Below the pieces are notes generated by a model that saw only the letters and a program-made list of their open reading frames with translations, was not told the DNA's origin and searched no databases. A stretch of DNA of 64,000 nt from Octopus sinensis (lineage: Eukaryota): contig NC_043001.1 in NCBI RefSeq assembly GCF_006345805.1, positions 19,654,001 to 19,718,000 of the forward strand, in the 5' to 3' direction. The position numbers and the translations under genes were made by a program. Below, one piece after another: positions 12,301 to 24,526 of the stretch (position 1 is its first letter; the number at the start of each line of letters is the position of its first letter).

Positions 12301-14229
12301 TATATATATATATACATACTGATATCTTCTTAGTCTTGTTAGCTAAGTAGAATATACTTCGCTGAAAAGATTCAATAAAACTGAAATATGCCTGTTGCGT
12401 TCACCAATTGACATTAAAGACGAGATCCAATCCAATCTACATCCTCCTTCATTTTCCAAAAGTTTAAATAAGCTGATCTTATTATTATCCCCTTTTTTTC
12501 TTTTTTTTTGAGACTTTTAATCCCTCGAGAGAATTTTTCCTTGCAAATTGCGTAACTATTTTAATTGATTGAAGTTTTTCTGTTCACTATATTACATATA
12601 TAAAACTATTTTATTTAAGAAAACCAGTCTACTCCAAAAGTACTCGTTTGACACTAACGTTCAATATCTGCAACCCTTTGAGTTATTGTTCAGCTTTTTA
12701 ACTTTTTTTTATTTTTTAAACACGAAACTATTATCAAACATTTTTGCTTTGCTCTGTTGGAGATTTTTTTACCATTTGAAACTACGCGGATTTTTTCTCT
12801 CTTTTTTTTAAAGCAGACCCGTCTATGTAAAGAAGTGGAAAGTTACTTCTTGTTTCATTTTCCCAATTTTGTCTTTTTCCATCCTTTTATCAACAATAAA
12901 CCGAAAAAATGTTACTTATTAGAACTTGATCTCGAAGCATATATAAAACGCAAAGCAACAGTGTGTGAATATTGGGTAGACAAAACCTTTTTGGACAGAA
13001 AAGGTCGGCAGCTGCCCGTGGGACACGAACCCATATCTCCTATAGACATGACAGGCGTTTGCATTACACCAATACAAACCTTCGAATGTTTTTATCTCGC
13101 TTGTAAGAATAAAATTTCTAAAATGAATAAATTCGAAGGATTGCTTTGGTCCAATGGTAAGACGCCTGTCATGTTTACAGAAGATGAGGATTCGAGTCCT
13201 ACGGATAGCTCTCGACTATCCAAAAGGGTTTCTTAACTCAATATTTACACGCTATTGTTAATAGCTTTATGAGTGAGCTTCGAGTTATACTATTCAAAAA
13301 AGGGATTATTTCACGTTCTCTCGAAAGTTTATTAATTCTCGTGGCATCAAAAAAGAAAAAGTTACTTTGAAAAACTTTTAAAAACATTTAATGATAACAA
13401 AAACTATGCACATCTCCAGACGAAAGAACGAGTGAGAAAATTGAAGTGAGTGATAAAGAAGATAATTCCATTCCTTCTTCTACTAAAGCAACCTCCAATA
13501 AGCAAACTTTGGATATGAATTCCAAAACAGAGAGAAGTATACTTTGCCGAGCTATGTTGCAAAAGAAGATATACCCTACCTCAGACCCTTATCAAAGGAC
13601 GAAGGAATAAAAACATAACGTAGTTTCTGTACGTCAAAAGCCAAGGAGCCTTTTTATGTCCTTGAAAATGCAATTTCAGATACCGGTGTACGGTACAATA
13701 TATTTTCCATCGGCTGGAATAGAGGCCATGGAATTGTATGAACAATATTCATAGAGGTCTAGGCGAAAAAGGCAAGTCGTACTGATGCGTGACACATCTG
13801 CCTAGAGTAGAGACTCGTATTCTAGTACTTGGGGCAGCGTAACATATAGATCACCGTAAAGGTTATTGGCGATGACGTTGATCTTTGACTTGTCGTCACT
13901 TTTGAGGCACAGTACGGGCAAGTGGTGAGTACCGAGGTAAGCGAGGAAGGATGAATGGTCAGGTGGGATCTGCATCGACATGCATGTCTAAACGATGGCC
14001 AATTATCACAGAACCATCCCCGATTTGTGCTCCGTCGTGAATGCAGACTGAAAAGTGATGAAACTGATGATGCAGGGCAGAAACGGATGATACAGTGTTG
14101 CTATGCGTGTGATGGAAAGGGCTTTATGGGGGTTATTTTCCTAGGGGAAGTCGAAATACAAATGAAGAAAAAATAGAGACCTCAACAACAGGTCGCAGAA
14201 GTTGCTGTCGCAAGGCATCAGCGGTCGCA

Positions 14230-14671
14230 AGTGGAGGCGCAATGGCCCAGTTGTTAGGGCAGCGGACTCGCGGTCGGAGGATCGCGGTTTCGATTCCCAG
14301 ACCGGGCGTTGTATGTGTTTATTGAGCGAAAACACCAAAAGCTCCACGAGGCTCCGGCAGAGGGTGGTGGCGACCCCTGTTGTACTCTTTCGCCCCAACT
14401 TTCTCTCACTCTTTCTTTCTCGCTCCTGCTTTCTTTCCGTTGCCGTCTCTACGTCTTCTGCCTCGTCTCCTCTCACAGCTGTTTCTTGTCCCCGACTTCC
14501 TACGCAACCGCTGAGCCTGGATGCGCATTCATCCATCCGTCGATGCTCTCGGTGTCGGGGGTTGACTTGCTTTCTCTTCTGCGGGTCTTACGAATAGCAA
14601 AAGATCATGTTTCGGACTTCTCCCATCTTGCGAGCTCTGAGACGATGATCGTTCGCTCAACAGCAACAGCA
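14230..14671 (+). mobile_element. tRNA-derived SINE (family D variant) with 15-bp TSD
   Basis: tRNA-like head gtggaggcgcaatggcccagt...ggtttcgattcccagacc and (CAG/CAA)n tail. GCATCAGCGGTCGCA occurs at 14215-14229 and 14672-14686. Confidence 0.8.
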
Positions 14672-15379
14672 GCATCAGCGGTCGCAGCTCTGGAAATGGT
14701 GCAAGAGACCACCAAGTAATCACTCCTAAGAGCCGATGAACTGGAAGCCCTTCATGATGCCAGCGACCAGGGAGTCGAGGACTAAGAAATCAAAACCTTC
14801 CATCCAATCATTTTTTGACAATAGGGATGAACTAGACTGAAGACAAGTGACCAGCTGTCAGGGATGGCTAGAGAAAAAAAACACTTACGAAAAAAGTCAA
14901 GAAGACCAATAAGGCGTGCACGATATAAGAAAAGGGATCATTTAACTTGACACTAACTTGAAAGGAAAACGCCGACCTATATAATTTAGTGTTAAACCTT
15001 GAGAAAACAATTTAGTTAATGTTTATTGAACACGAGATAGGTGACCAAATACCACGAGAAGACAGCCTTTCAGTAACGACCACATTGATGGTCTCTCTGC
15101 ATTTGAGCGAATATGCCCCAGAGGGTGTAAGTTCCTTCACGGCACGGCTTATCCAAAGAATGCTCAATAGTACTTTTGGATGTGCCACAAGGGGTGAAAG
15201 AAGGTCAGAGCAGCGGGTGCTCTGATCATACAGGAGTGGCAGCTTCTCACCCATGTAGGGATGGTCTGCTGTTTTCATGTTGCTGTAAATCATTCCTCTT
15301 TTTAATTATATCAGTGTTTTATATAATCATCTAATTATTACGTCATTATTTGTGTAATTAATATTTTTTTACATGACAT

Positions 15380-15443
<64 letters not shown>

Positions 15444-15569
15444 TTGTGCAATGTCTTTGACTCTCCCTCGTTGATATAAAATCTTGTACATGCCAACACA
15501 TGTTTTGTATCCATTTTGTAAAATGTCTGTTATGTGTAAGAATGGCCCCCGAGAGCAAAATATAAACTA

Positions 15570-18240
15570 TTATCATAATTATTATTCATGGTGTGCATGA
15601 ATGCCATACATTCGGAATCAATGTCCTTGATGCCGGGTCACAACCACTTTCCTTAGATTTCGGGAACCCTTCTTACAATCCTTGCTATTTCAAATAGAGC
15701 AGATTTCCAAAATCAACGCAACTCTTGTAGTTATATCAATCTCAATAAGGCAGTTGTTAAGTCTGTTGCTGACGGTACCTAAAGGCACCTACAGCAACTG
15801 ATGATTACTTTTGTAGAAACCCTCCACTGTCGCAAGAGTGGCTGTGTGGTAAGTAGCTTGCTTACCAACCACATGGTTCCGGGTTCAGTCCCACTGCGTG
15901 GCACCTTGGGCAAGTGTCTTCTACTATAGCCCCGGGCCGACTAAAGCCTTGTGAGTGGATTTGGTAGACAGAAACTGAAAAAAGCCTGTCGTATATATGT
16001 ATATATATATATGTGTGTGTGTGTGTGTATGTGTGTGTATGTTTGTGTGTCTGTGTTTGTCCCCCTCGACATCGTTTGACAACCGATGCAGGTGTGTTTA
16101 CGTCCCCGTAACTTAGAGGTTCGGCAAAAAGAGACCGATAGAATAAGTAGTAGGCTTACAACGAATAAGTCCTGGGGTCGATTTGCTCGACTAAAGGCGG
16201 TGCTCCAGCATGGCCGCAGTCAAATATGACTGAAACAAGTAAAAGAGTTATCATATTTCCTTAAGCCAAATTCTGGTATTTTTCTATTTTTTCTTGTTCT
16301 TTGATGATAGATTCATGTCTGTAGATATAGGCATATTTATGATGGTGCATTCTTTTCACCCTTGCCATGAACCATAATATCTGGTCCTCTGGCATTTATT
16401 TCGCGATCATACTGTGCATTAATACCCAACAAAGGACTACAGAAACTTATTATATGCATGACAGATCCCTGTTTCTCGTTACATACTCTGCACTTTGCAC
16501 TTTCCGCGGATTTGTCTATTATGGCCTTAATGATATTCGTCCACAACGACTGCCTTTGAGCGGCCATTATAATCTGTATGCTTCTTACGGTCTCCCTTCT
16601 TCAGCCATAGCCAAGACTCCTTTGCTGCGACGTCCTGTGTCTGTCTAGCATGCTGGCCGTGTTGTTCTTTTCCCCAGATGTTTCTTTCTCGCTCCTGCTT
16701 TCTTTCCGTGTATTCCGTTGCCATCTCCATGTCTTCTGCCTCCTCTCCTCTCACAGCTGAAATCGGTCTTTCTTGATTGCTTCATACATACTCTTCTATG
16801 TTTTGTTTTGCCATCTCTACACAGTTTTCCATTGATATCAGACCTCTCCCACCTACTTCTGTGATAGACATAATCTATCGACCCTGCCTATGAGTTATAA
16901 CGACCGGTATATGGACTGTGCCTACCTGGTTTTACAATCTGTTTCTTGATTCTTCTGTAGCGGGAGAAATTGATTTGTAAACAATATTATGAAATGTCGG
17001 AGTCAACAGTTGTAACGATAAAAATTTGTTGCTATAACGGCAAGTTGTAAGATGTGGAAGATGGACAATACATGAAGTTTTAAGGAAATATTTTTTTACC
17101 GTTACGTTACAATACCTTGCCTCGACGGGCAGGTTATGATAAATCCAAAAGCATGCGAAGTAAAGTTTGTGTTTGGGTCCTCTTCATTGTTTAGTAGTAA
17201 TTACAGAGAGAGATAGAATGTTGTAAGAGAACAAAATTAGAGCTAGTGAGAGTTGTAGGGTGTGGGACGTTGTCTCATAGTTGCTGACAGTAAACTTCAT
17301 TTCTCCCTCTGACCAAGGTTCTAGCTGGTCAGCCAGACTTCGTTGTCACCGAAGTGATTAACTGGTTGAGTCGTCACCATGTGGCTGAACTCGTTGAGTA
17401 GTCACCGACTGATTTTTGCTTGGGGTGTTCTTGCTTTTATGATATCATTGAGAACAATAGATTTAGTTGGTGATCTTGTTATCTCTATTCTAGCTTTTGG
17501 TGAAGTAGAAGAGGTTAGAAAGGGTCAAGTGGTGAAGACATTATTTCGGCCTAGCTAGAGGCATCTGGAAAATGCAAAACTGCTGTCACAGAAAAACCAT
17601 TGATCCACCGTGGGAAAAGTTCTGTTGCTGTGTTAATCTAAATTTGGCTATGGTGGATCGAATCCACTTCATACTTGCAAGATCCACTACACTTCTTTAG
17701 TCCAGTTCAGGAAATTATCAGAATATCTTATTAGAGAGACCAACCATGCGTTTACTGCAGAGATGTTTTTCCTTCTAATTAATTTTGAGCTTAGCACTCT
17801 TTTCACTCTCCTGAGATATTCGGTTACCACCTCTTTCATTTCTTGGCAGAGAGTGTTATCTGCCTCCAATACACCTAAGTACTTGTAACGGTCACCCTCA
17901 TTCCCTTTAATCCTTTCTGACTTGGAATATATTTCCTCTCTCTTTATCGCTAGCATCGCACAATTATCTGTTCCAAACTCCATACTAATATCACCATTCA
18001 CAGCTCGAACAGTCTGTAGCAGTGAATCTAAAGCTTTCTCACTTTTGGCAAATAATTTCAGGTCGTCCATAAACAAGAGGTGGTTTATTTTCTCCTCACT
18101 GCTAAATTCGTAGCATGATTTAACCTTGCTCAGGGTCAATGTAAGAAGGATAAGGGCAAACACGAATAGCAGTGGTGAGAGTTTATCACCTTGGAATATT
18201 CCCCTACTTACGTTGACTCTACCGAGCTTATCTTGGCCTG
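15570..18240 (-). mobile_element. Fragmented, 5'-truncated R4/Dong-like non-LTR retrotransposon (RT + CCHC + restriction-like endonuclease), interrupted by later insertions
   Basis: 17687-18240 encodes GIFQGDKLSPLLF, HLLFMDDLKLF and YKYLGVLEA. ~16780-16960 is a degenerate DRLY..GGRGL region. 16337-16754 encodes HGQ, SWLWLKKG, AAQ, CRVC..H..C and PDI. ~15660-15810 is a GALGTV..KSALFEIARIVRRV-like C-terminus. TAA-like tail near 15570. Confidence 0.8.
17011..17590. mobile_element. Possible solo LTR inserted in the R4-like relic
   Basis: 580 bp bounded by TGTAAC...GTCACA and lying between two collinear R4 ORF segments; no TSD found. Confidence 0.3.
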
Positions 18241-18271
18241 ATGTTAGTACAGCTCTCCATTTTGGCACACT

Positions 18272-18302
<31 letters not shown>

Positions 18303-18303
<1 letters not shown>

Positions 18304-19270
18304 TAAGGCAGCGAGCTGGCAGAATCGTTAAGATGCCGGGCAAAACGCTTAGCAGTATTTCGTCTGTCTTAACGTTCTGAGTTCAAATTCTGCCGAGGTC
18401 GACTTTGTCTTTCGTCCTTTCAGAGTCGATAAATTAAGTACCAGTTGTGTACTGGGGTCGATCTAATCGACTGGTCCCCTCCCCCAAAATTTCAGGCCTT
18501 GTGCCTATAATGGAAAGGATTATTATTATCATTAAGGCGGCGAGCTGGCAGAAACGTCAGCACGCCGGGGAAAATGCTTAGCAGAATTTTGCCCGTCTTT
18601 ACGTTCTGAGTTCAAATTCCGCCGAGGCCGACTCAGCCTTTCATCCTTTCGGGGTCGATAAATAAAGTACCAGTTACGCATTGGCGTCGATGTAATCGAT
18701 TTAATCCCCTTGTCTGTCCTTGTTTGTCCCCTCTACGTTTAGCCCCTTGTGGGCAATAAAGAAATAAGAAGGCGGCGAACTGGCAGAAACGTTAGCACGC
18801 CGAGCGAAGTGCGTAGCCGTATTTCGTCTGCCGTTTCGTTCTGAGTTCAAATTCCGCCGAGGTCGACTTTGCCTTTCATCCTTTCGGGGTCGATAAATTA
18901 AGTGCCAGTTATGCAATGGTGTTGATGTAATCGACATGATCCCTTTATCTGTCCTTGTTTGTCCCTCTATTTTTAGCCCCTTGTGGGCAATAAAGAAATA
19001 AGAAGTTGCCTTCCCAACCACATGGTTCCGGGTTGTAGTGGGCAAGCGTTCTTTGCTATAGCCTCGAGTCGAGCAAAGCCTTGTGAATGGATTTGGTAGA
19101 CGGAAATGGAAAGAAACCCGTCGTATACACATATATATATATATAAGTATTTGTGTGTCTGTGCTTGTCCTCTCACCATCGCTTGACAACCGATGTCGGT
19201 GTGTTTACGTCTCCGTGACTTAGCGGTTCGGCAAAAGAGACCGATAGAATAAGTACCAGGCTTACAAAGG
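18303..19270 (+). mobile_element. Chain of three family-B SINEs followed by a family-A SINE
   Basis: Heads aaggc(a/g)gcga(g/a)ctggcag at ~18304, ~18535 and ~18769; the family-A body starts at ~19003 directly after an A-rich tail. Confidence 0.8.
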
Positions 19271-19640
19271 ATATATATATAAACGGCAAAATGTTTGTCT
19301 GTCTGTGTGTGTATCCTTTATACAAATCCACAATTTTTCAATTAGAGGGCTCGCACTTTCTATGGTCATTCAAAACCGTCCAAGGGTGGTTGTGCACATC
19401 TTTACATTTCCCTAGTCACCCCGCAAAGCCATTAAAAAAATCAATAGAAGTGACTTTTTTGTGGATTTTATATCCAAAACCCAATCAAAATGTCCGAAAC
19501 ATGATACGCCAATTGAATGCCAGCTAGCTGTATGTGATTGGTCAGAGATTTGGACAGTACTTGCGTGTATGTGCGCACGCACGCAGCTGTATATGCATGC
19601 ACTAGCATTATGACCCGGCGTTGCTGGGTCATAGTGCTAG
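19271..19640 (+). mobile_element. Non-autonomous Helitron (family 3)
   Basis: 5' TATATATAAACGGC like family 2. The 3' end is a long palindrome ACTAGCAtTATGACCC-ggcgttgct-GGGTCATAgTGCTAG|T (19601-19641). Confidence 0.65.
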
Positions 19641-20519
19641 TTGTCATATAAATAAATACACGTTCATACAAACACAAAGTTTATCACACAAAAAGGAAAC
19701 AGGACAGAACTATGAATCCATGCACAATAAAATTACATTTTAAATGTATCATGCTTGCATAATTTCATTTCCCAGCTTTCACGCGTTGTCTGCAGCAAAT
19801 AGCCACGTCATTTAACCTCAATGTCTCCCGGAGACAGAATCGCTGCAGAATTAATAGCGCTCTGAACTTTTCCACCTGTTCTTTCTCTTGCTATTGTTTT
19901 CGGTGGGACCTTCACAGCTAATTAAATCACTTAGACGGATCTTTAGTTACAAAAAATTATTTTTTTAAATCTGTACGTCAACAGGTAAAGATCCTATTTA
20001 GACATCAGAAGTTATCAATTGCTTTCTGAAGAACCTTCCACACGTTCGGAAATTTTTTTCCATGTATTTGAGAAAGTCTGTTTCCCAAGTTCTTACAATT
20101 TGTTGCTTCTAGTCTTCTTGTACACGAGCAGTTGTAGAAACTATTGTGATTTTCCAGTTTTAAATACGGGATTACCCGTTGTAAACGTTGAGTATGTAGG
20201 TCACCGAAAGTAAACGTTATTGAACAAGGTGTCTCCAATATAGACGACTGTGAAGGTGGATGAAGTCGTCAATGTGAACAATTGTATCGATTAAATTGAA
20301 GGAAAATTAAAAAAAAAGTTGTATTTCATTATACATAAAAATGTTTATTTACAAACGTTTATAAAATTTCATAATTAAGTCAAGTGATCCAAATCTGTAT
20401 ACGTATTTAACAGCATATATAAAAAATGCTTGATTGCTAAAAAGCATTTGTAAGCTTCTGTGACCGCGTTGAAATGGCTAGTGAAAAAATATTTGTGCGT
20501 GTGACAAATTGCGGGCCTG

Positions 20520-20597
20520 GTGGTGGTGGTGGTAGTAGTAGTAGTAGTGGTGGTGGTGGTGGTGGTGGTAGTAGTAGTGGTGGTGGTGGTGGTGGTG

Positions 20598-20633
<36 letters not shown>

Positions 20634-20642
20634 GTAATAGCC

Positions 20643-20679
<37 letters not shown>

Positions 20680-20731
20680 TAGTAGTAGTGGCAGCAGCAG
20701 TAGTAGTAGTAGTAGTGGCAACAGCAGCAGC

Positions 20732-20763
<32 letters not shown>

Positions 20764-20790
20764 CAGCAGCAGCAGCAGTAGTAGTAGTAG

Positions 20791-20836
<46 letters not shown>

Positions 20837-20876
20837 GGCAGCAGTAGTAGTAGTTGTAGTAGTAGTAGTAGTAGTG

Positions 20877-20934
<58 letters not shown>

Positions 20935-20936
20935 CG

Positions 20937-20970
<34 letters not shown>

Positions 20971-20995
20971 TAGCAGCAGCAGTAGTAGTAGTTGC
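20520..20995. repeat. Compound trinucleotide microsatellite (GGT)n/(AGT)n/(AGC)n
   Basis: Directly visible; it produces the spurious poly-T/V/S/L ORFs. Confidence 0.95.
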
Positions 20996-21480
20996 TGTTT
21001 TGGTGGTGCTGAAGTGAGACGATGGTTGGTACTCTCGCATTGTAAAGGTGATGGTGGTGAGGAATTTAGCCCCCACTAAACTGTGATCTTCTCTGTTGCT
21101 GTACCAGTTGAGAAGTAGGACGCAGCTGCCTAGACAAACCTTTTCCTGTCCTGATTGTTAAGTGGTCGAGTTATGAGACAGAGGTCGTGAAAGGTCGAAC
21201 TGAACTGTTTCAACTTGTTGGAAGGTACACACAAGATAATTCATTTCCTTGCTCCTAATGTAGATAAATGTAATTAAAACAAACATCAACGGCGAAACCA
21301 ACCAAGGGTCTACTAAACAATTCGAAGCATTAGTATATCAGATCTTGGCTAGGTTTCTTGATACAAAGTCCTTTTATGCGCCCCTATTTTACGTTGGATA
21401 TACTGTATGAAATTTCCGTCAGCTTCTTCGCTGTATGTTGAGCAAAGTTACTTCGTTTGTGTTAGTAGAGTTCAGACTTT

Positions 21481-22075
21481 ATTGCCCACAAGGGGCTAAA
21501 CACAAAGGGGACAAACAAGAACAGACAGACGGATTAAATCGATTATACCGACTCCAGTGCGTAACTGGTACTTAATTTATCGACCCCGAAAGGATGAAAG
21601 GCAAAGTCTACCTCGGCGGAATTTGAACTCAGAATGTAGCGGCAGACGAAATACCTATTTCTTTACTACCCACAAAGGGATAAACACAGGGAGGACAAAC
21701 AAGGACAGACAAACGGATTAAGTCGATTATATCGACCTCAGTGCGGAACTGGTACTTAATTTAGCGACCCCGAAAGGATGAAAGGCAAAGTCGACCTCGG
21801 CGGAATTTGAACTCAGAACGTAGTGGCAGACGAAATACCTATTTCTTTACTACCCACAAGGGGCTAAACACAGAGGAGACAAACAAGGACAGAAAGACGG
21901 ATTAAGTCGATTATATCGACTCCAGTGCGTAACTGGTACTTAATTTATCGACCCAGAAAGGATGAAAGGCAAAGTCTACCTCGGTGGAAATTGAACTCAG
22001 AACGTAACGGCAGACAAAATACCGCTCGGCATTTCGCCCGACGTGCTAACGTTTCTGCCAGCTCGCCGCTTTTTC
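21481..22075 (-). mobile_element. Trimeric family-B SINE with 12-bp TSD
   Basis: Three ~180-bp units plus one head; AGTTCAGACTTT at 21469-21480 and 22076-22087. Confidence 0.85.
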
Positions 22076-22239
22076 AGTTCAGACTTTTTCCCTGTTAATC
22101 AAAACTTTTGTTATTGCTAAATTTACTTTGAGATCACTAGATTCTAAGTTATGTTCATACATTTAGAATTTTTTTTTCGATAGTCAAAAGATTTAGATAG
22201 AAAAACATAAGTTCCCAGGTACTGTTTGTTTCGAACTCC

Positions 22240-22410
22240 ACTGATATTGGGAACCTAGACAGACACCTATCTTTACGCTAAATTCCACTCTGAAAGAATT
22301 ACTTGCTCCGACTTTGTTGATGACATCTCTAAACATGGCTTGGGTGATTCTCACAAGCCATTCAACTAAACCCATTTTTTCTTGGCGTGGTACCTGTCAA
22401 AGACCTACAA
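22240..22410 (-). mobile_element. RTE-type LINE reverse-transcriptase fragment
   Basis: Degenerate FV.L...DRVPR...MGLVEWLVRITQAMFRDVINKV...FSVKIGVCLGS. Another fragment (KKEAWKCYYARVLDMEN) lies at ~23200-23345. Confidence 0.6.
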
Positions 22411-22656
22411 ACCGAACTACCATAGTTTTTTGCTTTTTTTTCCATGGAAATTAAGATTTGATTTTAATAATTCAAGTTGTTTTACTAGGATGAGAATATC
22501 GGGCACTGCATCTCACCTAAGCAAATTATTTGTGCTATAATTCTTTCTGCAACTTTCTTTAATTAATTCACCAATTTGATTCTTCTTTAGTTGCAACCTT
22601 CTAAAATATATCCTCTGTTCTTGTAACATGTGATGATAATACTGCTGTGATAGTCA

Positions 22657-23037
22657 TCTTTATATATAAAAGTGAAGTTGTGTGTCTGTCTCCTACGATT
22701 TAGATTCCTAACTTCTCCCACATTTTGCGGTGCAGTGTAACCAAAAGCGGGTATCTTATAGTCGTGATTCATATCGAGCCCTTCTGGGTATTAGCGCGCG
22801 TCTACGATTTAAAAAAAAATTTACCATCATTTTTTCGGATTGTGAATGCATTTTTGGCATATATAAGGGAAGTAACTCTCTAAAAATGTATTATTAAATC
22901 TCAGAACGTAAAAAGCTACAGTAACACCCCCCTTTGTGGTTAGCCATATTGAGATGGCTATTATACTTTACATCTCTAAAAATGCTTATATAGTTATTTC
23001 CCTTACAAACCCGAGCAACGCCGGGCGATACTGCTAG
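22657..23037 (+). mobile_element. Non-autonomous Helitron (family 1), full length
   Basis: A|TC 5' end, CCCGAGCAACGCCGGG hairpin, CTAG|T 3' end. Inserted in an AT dinucleotide without TSD. Confidence 0.85.
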
Positions 23038-23722
23038 TTTGATATGAAACTTCTCTATGCAACCTGGTTTACTATGTGACTGCCCTGCATCGCCAGATAT
23101 TATCCCTGATGTTCTAGCTATTTCCCTATATACATATACTTAAGTATCGATCGTATAGCTGGGTCCTTACGTTAGTTCTGTTTGAAGTAGTCCTTCTCAT
23201 TCACATACATTCTCCATATCCAGAACCCTCGCGTAGTAACATTTCCATGCCTCTTTTTTCTCAGCATCAATACTGGCTATTGCAACGTTATCACTCCATA
23301 TACACATTCCTGGGCGACATTTTGAACAACACACCGTCTTGCAATCCAAATATATATATATATATATATAGGAAAAAAGCAACAAGAATGGATTAAAATA
23401 TCGGTACAATTGCTTTTTTCCTATTTGTAATCACCCCACTTGTCGTATGGTTAACACCATATAGATTTCCGGTGCATCCTAGTTAAGGACCATATTCATG
23501 TGAATTCATTAGAATTCACTTGAATCTCAATTACTTAAACCGCATATATATATATATATAAATATATACACATATATATTTGGTAAGTAGGTTGCTAACC
23601 AACCACGTGGTTCCGGGTTCAGTCCCACTGCGTGGTATCTTGGGCAAGTGTCTTCTGCTATAGCCCCGGGCCGACCAATGCCTTGTGAGTGGATTTGGTA
23701 GATGGAAACTGGAAGAAGCCTG

Positions 23723-23787
<65 letters not shown>

Positions 23788-24131
23788 GAGTATGTGTGTG
23801 TGTGTGTGTGTTTGTCCCCCTAGCATTGCTTGACAACCGATGCTGGTGTGTTTACGTCCCCGTCACTTGGCGGTTCGGCAAAAGACACCGTTAGAATAAG
23901 TACTGGGCTTACAAAGAATAAGTCCTGGGGTCAATTTGCTCGACTAAAGGCGGTGCTCCAGCATGGCCACAGTCAAATGACTGAAACAAGTAAAAGAGTA
24001 ATAAATGTTTTTTCTTCAATGTCAAGTAAACCCAATAACAAATGAAAGTTATTTGAGAAATGAAGTATAAAAAACAGAAAGTTATCTCCCTTACATCTGC
24101 GAGTCAGTGTTTGCTTCTGGAACTAAATATC

Positions 24132-24526
24132 TATTTCTTTATTGCCCACAAGGGGGCAGACAAAAGGATTAAGTCGATTACATCGACTCCAGTGCGTAAC
24201 TGGTACTTAATTTATCGACCCCGAAAGGATGAAAGGCAAAGTCGACCTCGGCGGAATTTGAACTCAGAACGTAGCAGCTGACGAAATACCTATTTCTTTA
24301 CTACCCACAAGGAGCTAAACACAGAAGGGACAAACAAGGACAGACAGACGAATTAAGTCGATTATATCGACCTCAGTGCATAACTGGTACTTAATTTATC
24401 GACCCAGAAAGGATGAAAGGCAAAGTCGACCTCGGCGGAATTTGAACTCAGAACGTAGCGGCTGACGAAATACCGCTAAGCATTTCGCCCGGCGTGCTAA
24501 CGATTCTGCCAGCTCGCCGCCTTACA
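24132..24526 (-). mobile_element. Dimeric family-B SINE with 12-bp TSD
   Basis: GAACTAAATATC at 24120-24131 and 24527-24538 flanks two body units and one head. Confidence 0.85.

Noticed and set aside
14230-14310. tRNA-like sequences here and at 27357 and 44147
   Set aside because: These are SINE heads continuing into SINE bodies, not tRNA genes.
20375-21079. Long poly-Thr/Val/Ser/Leu ORFs in four frames
   Set aside because: Translations of a stop-free trinucleotide microsatellite; no splice or domain support.
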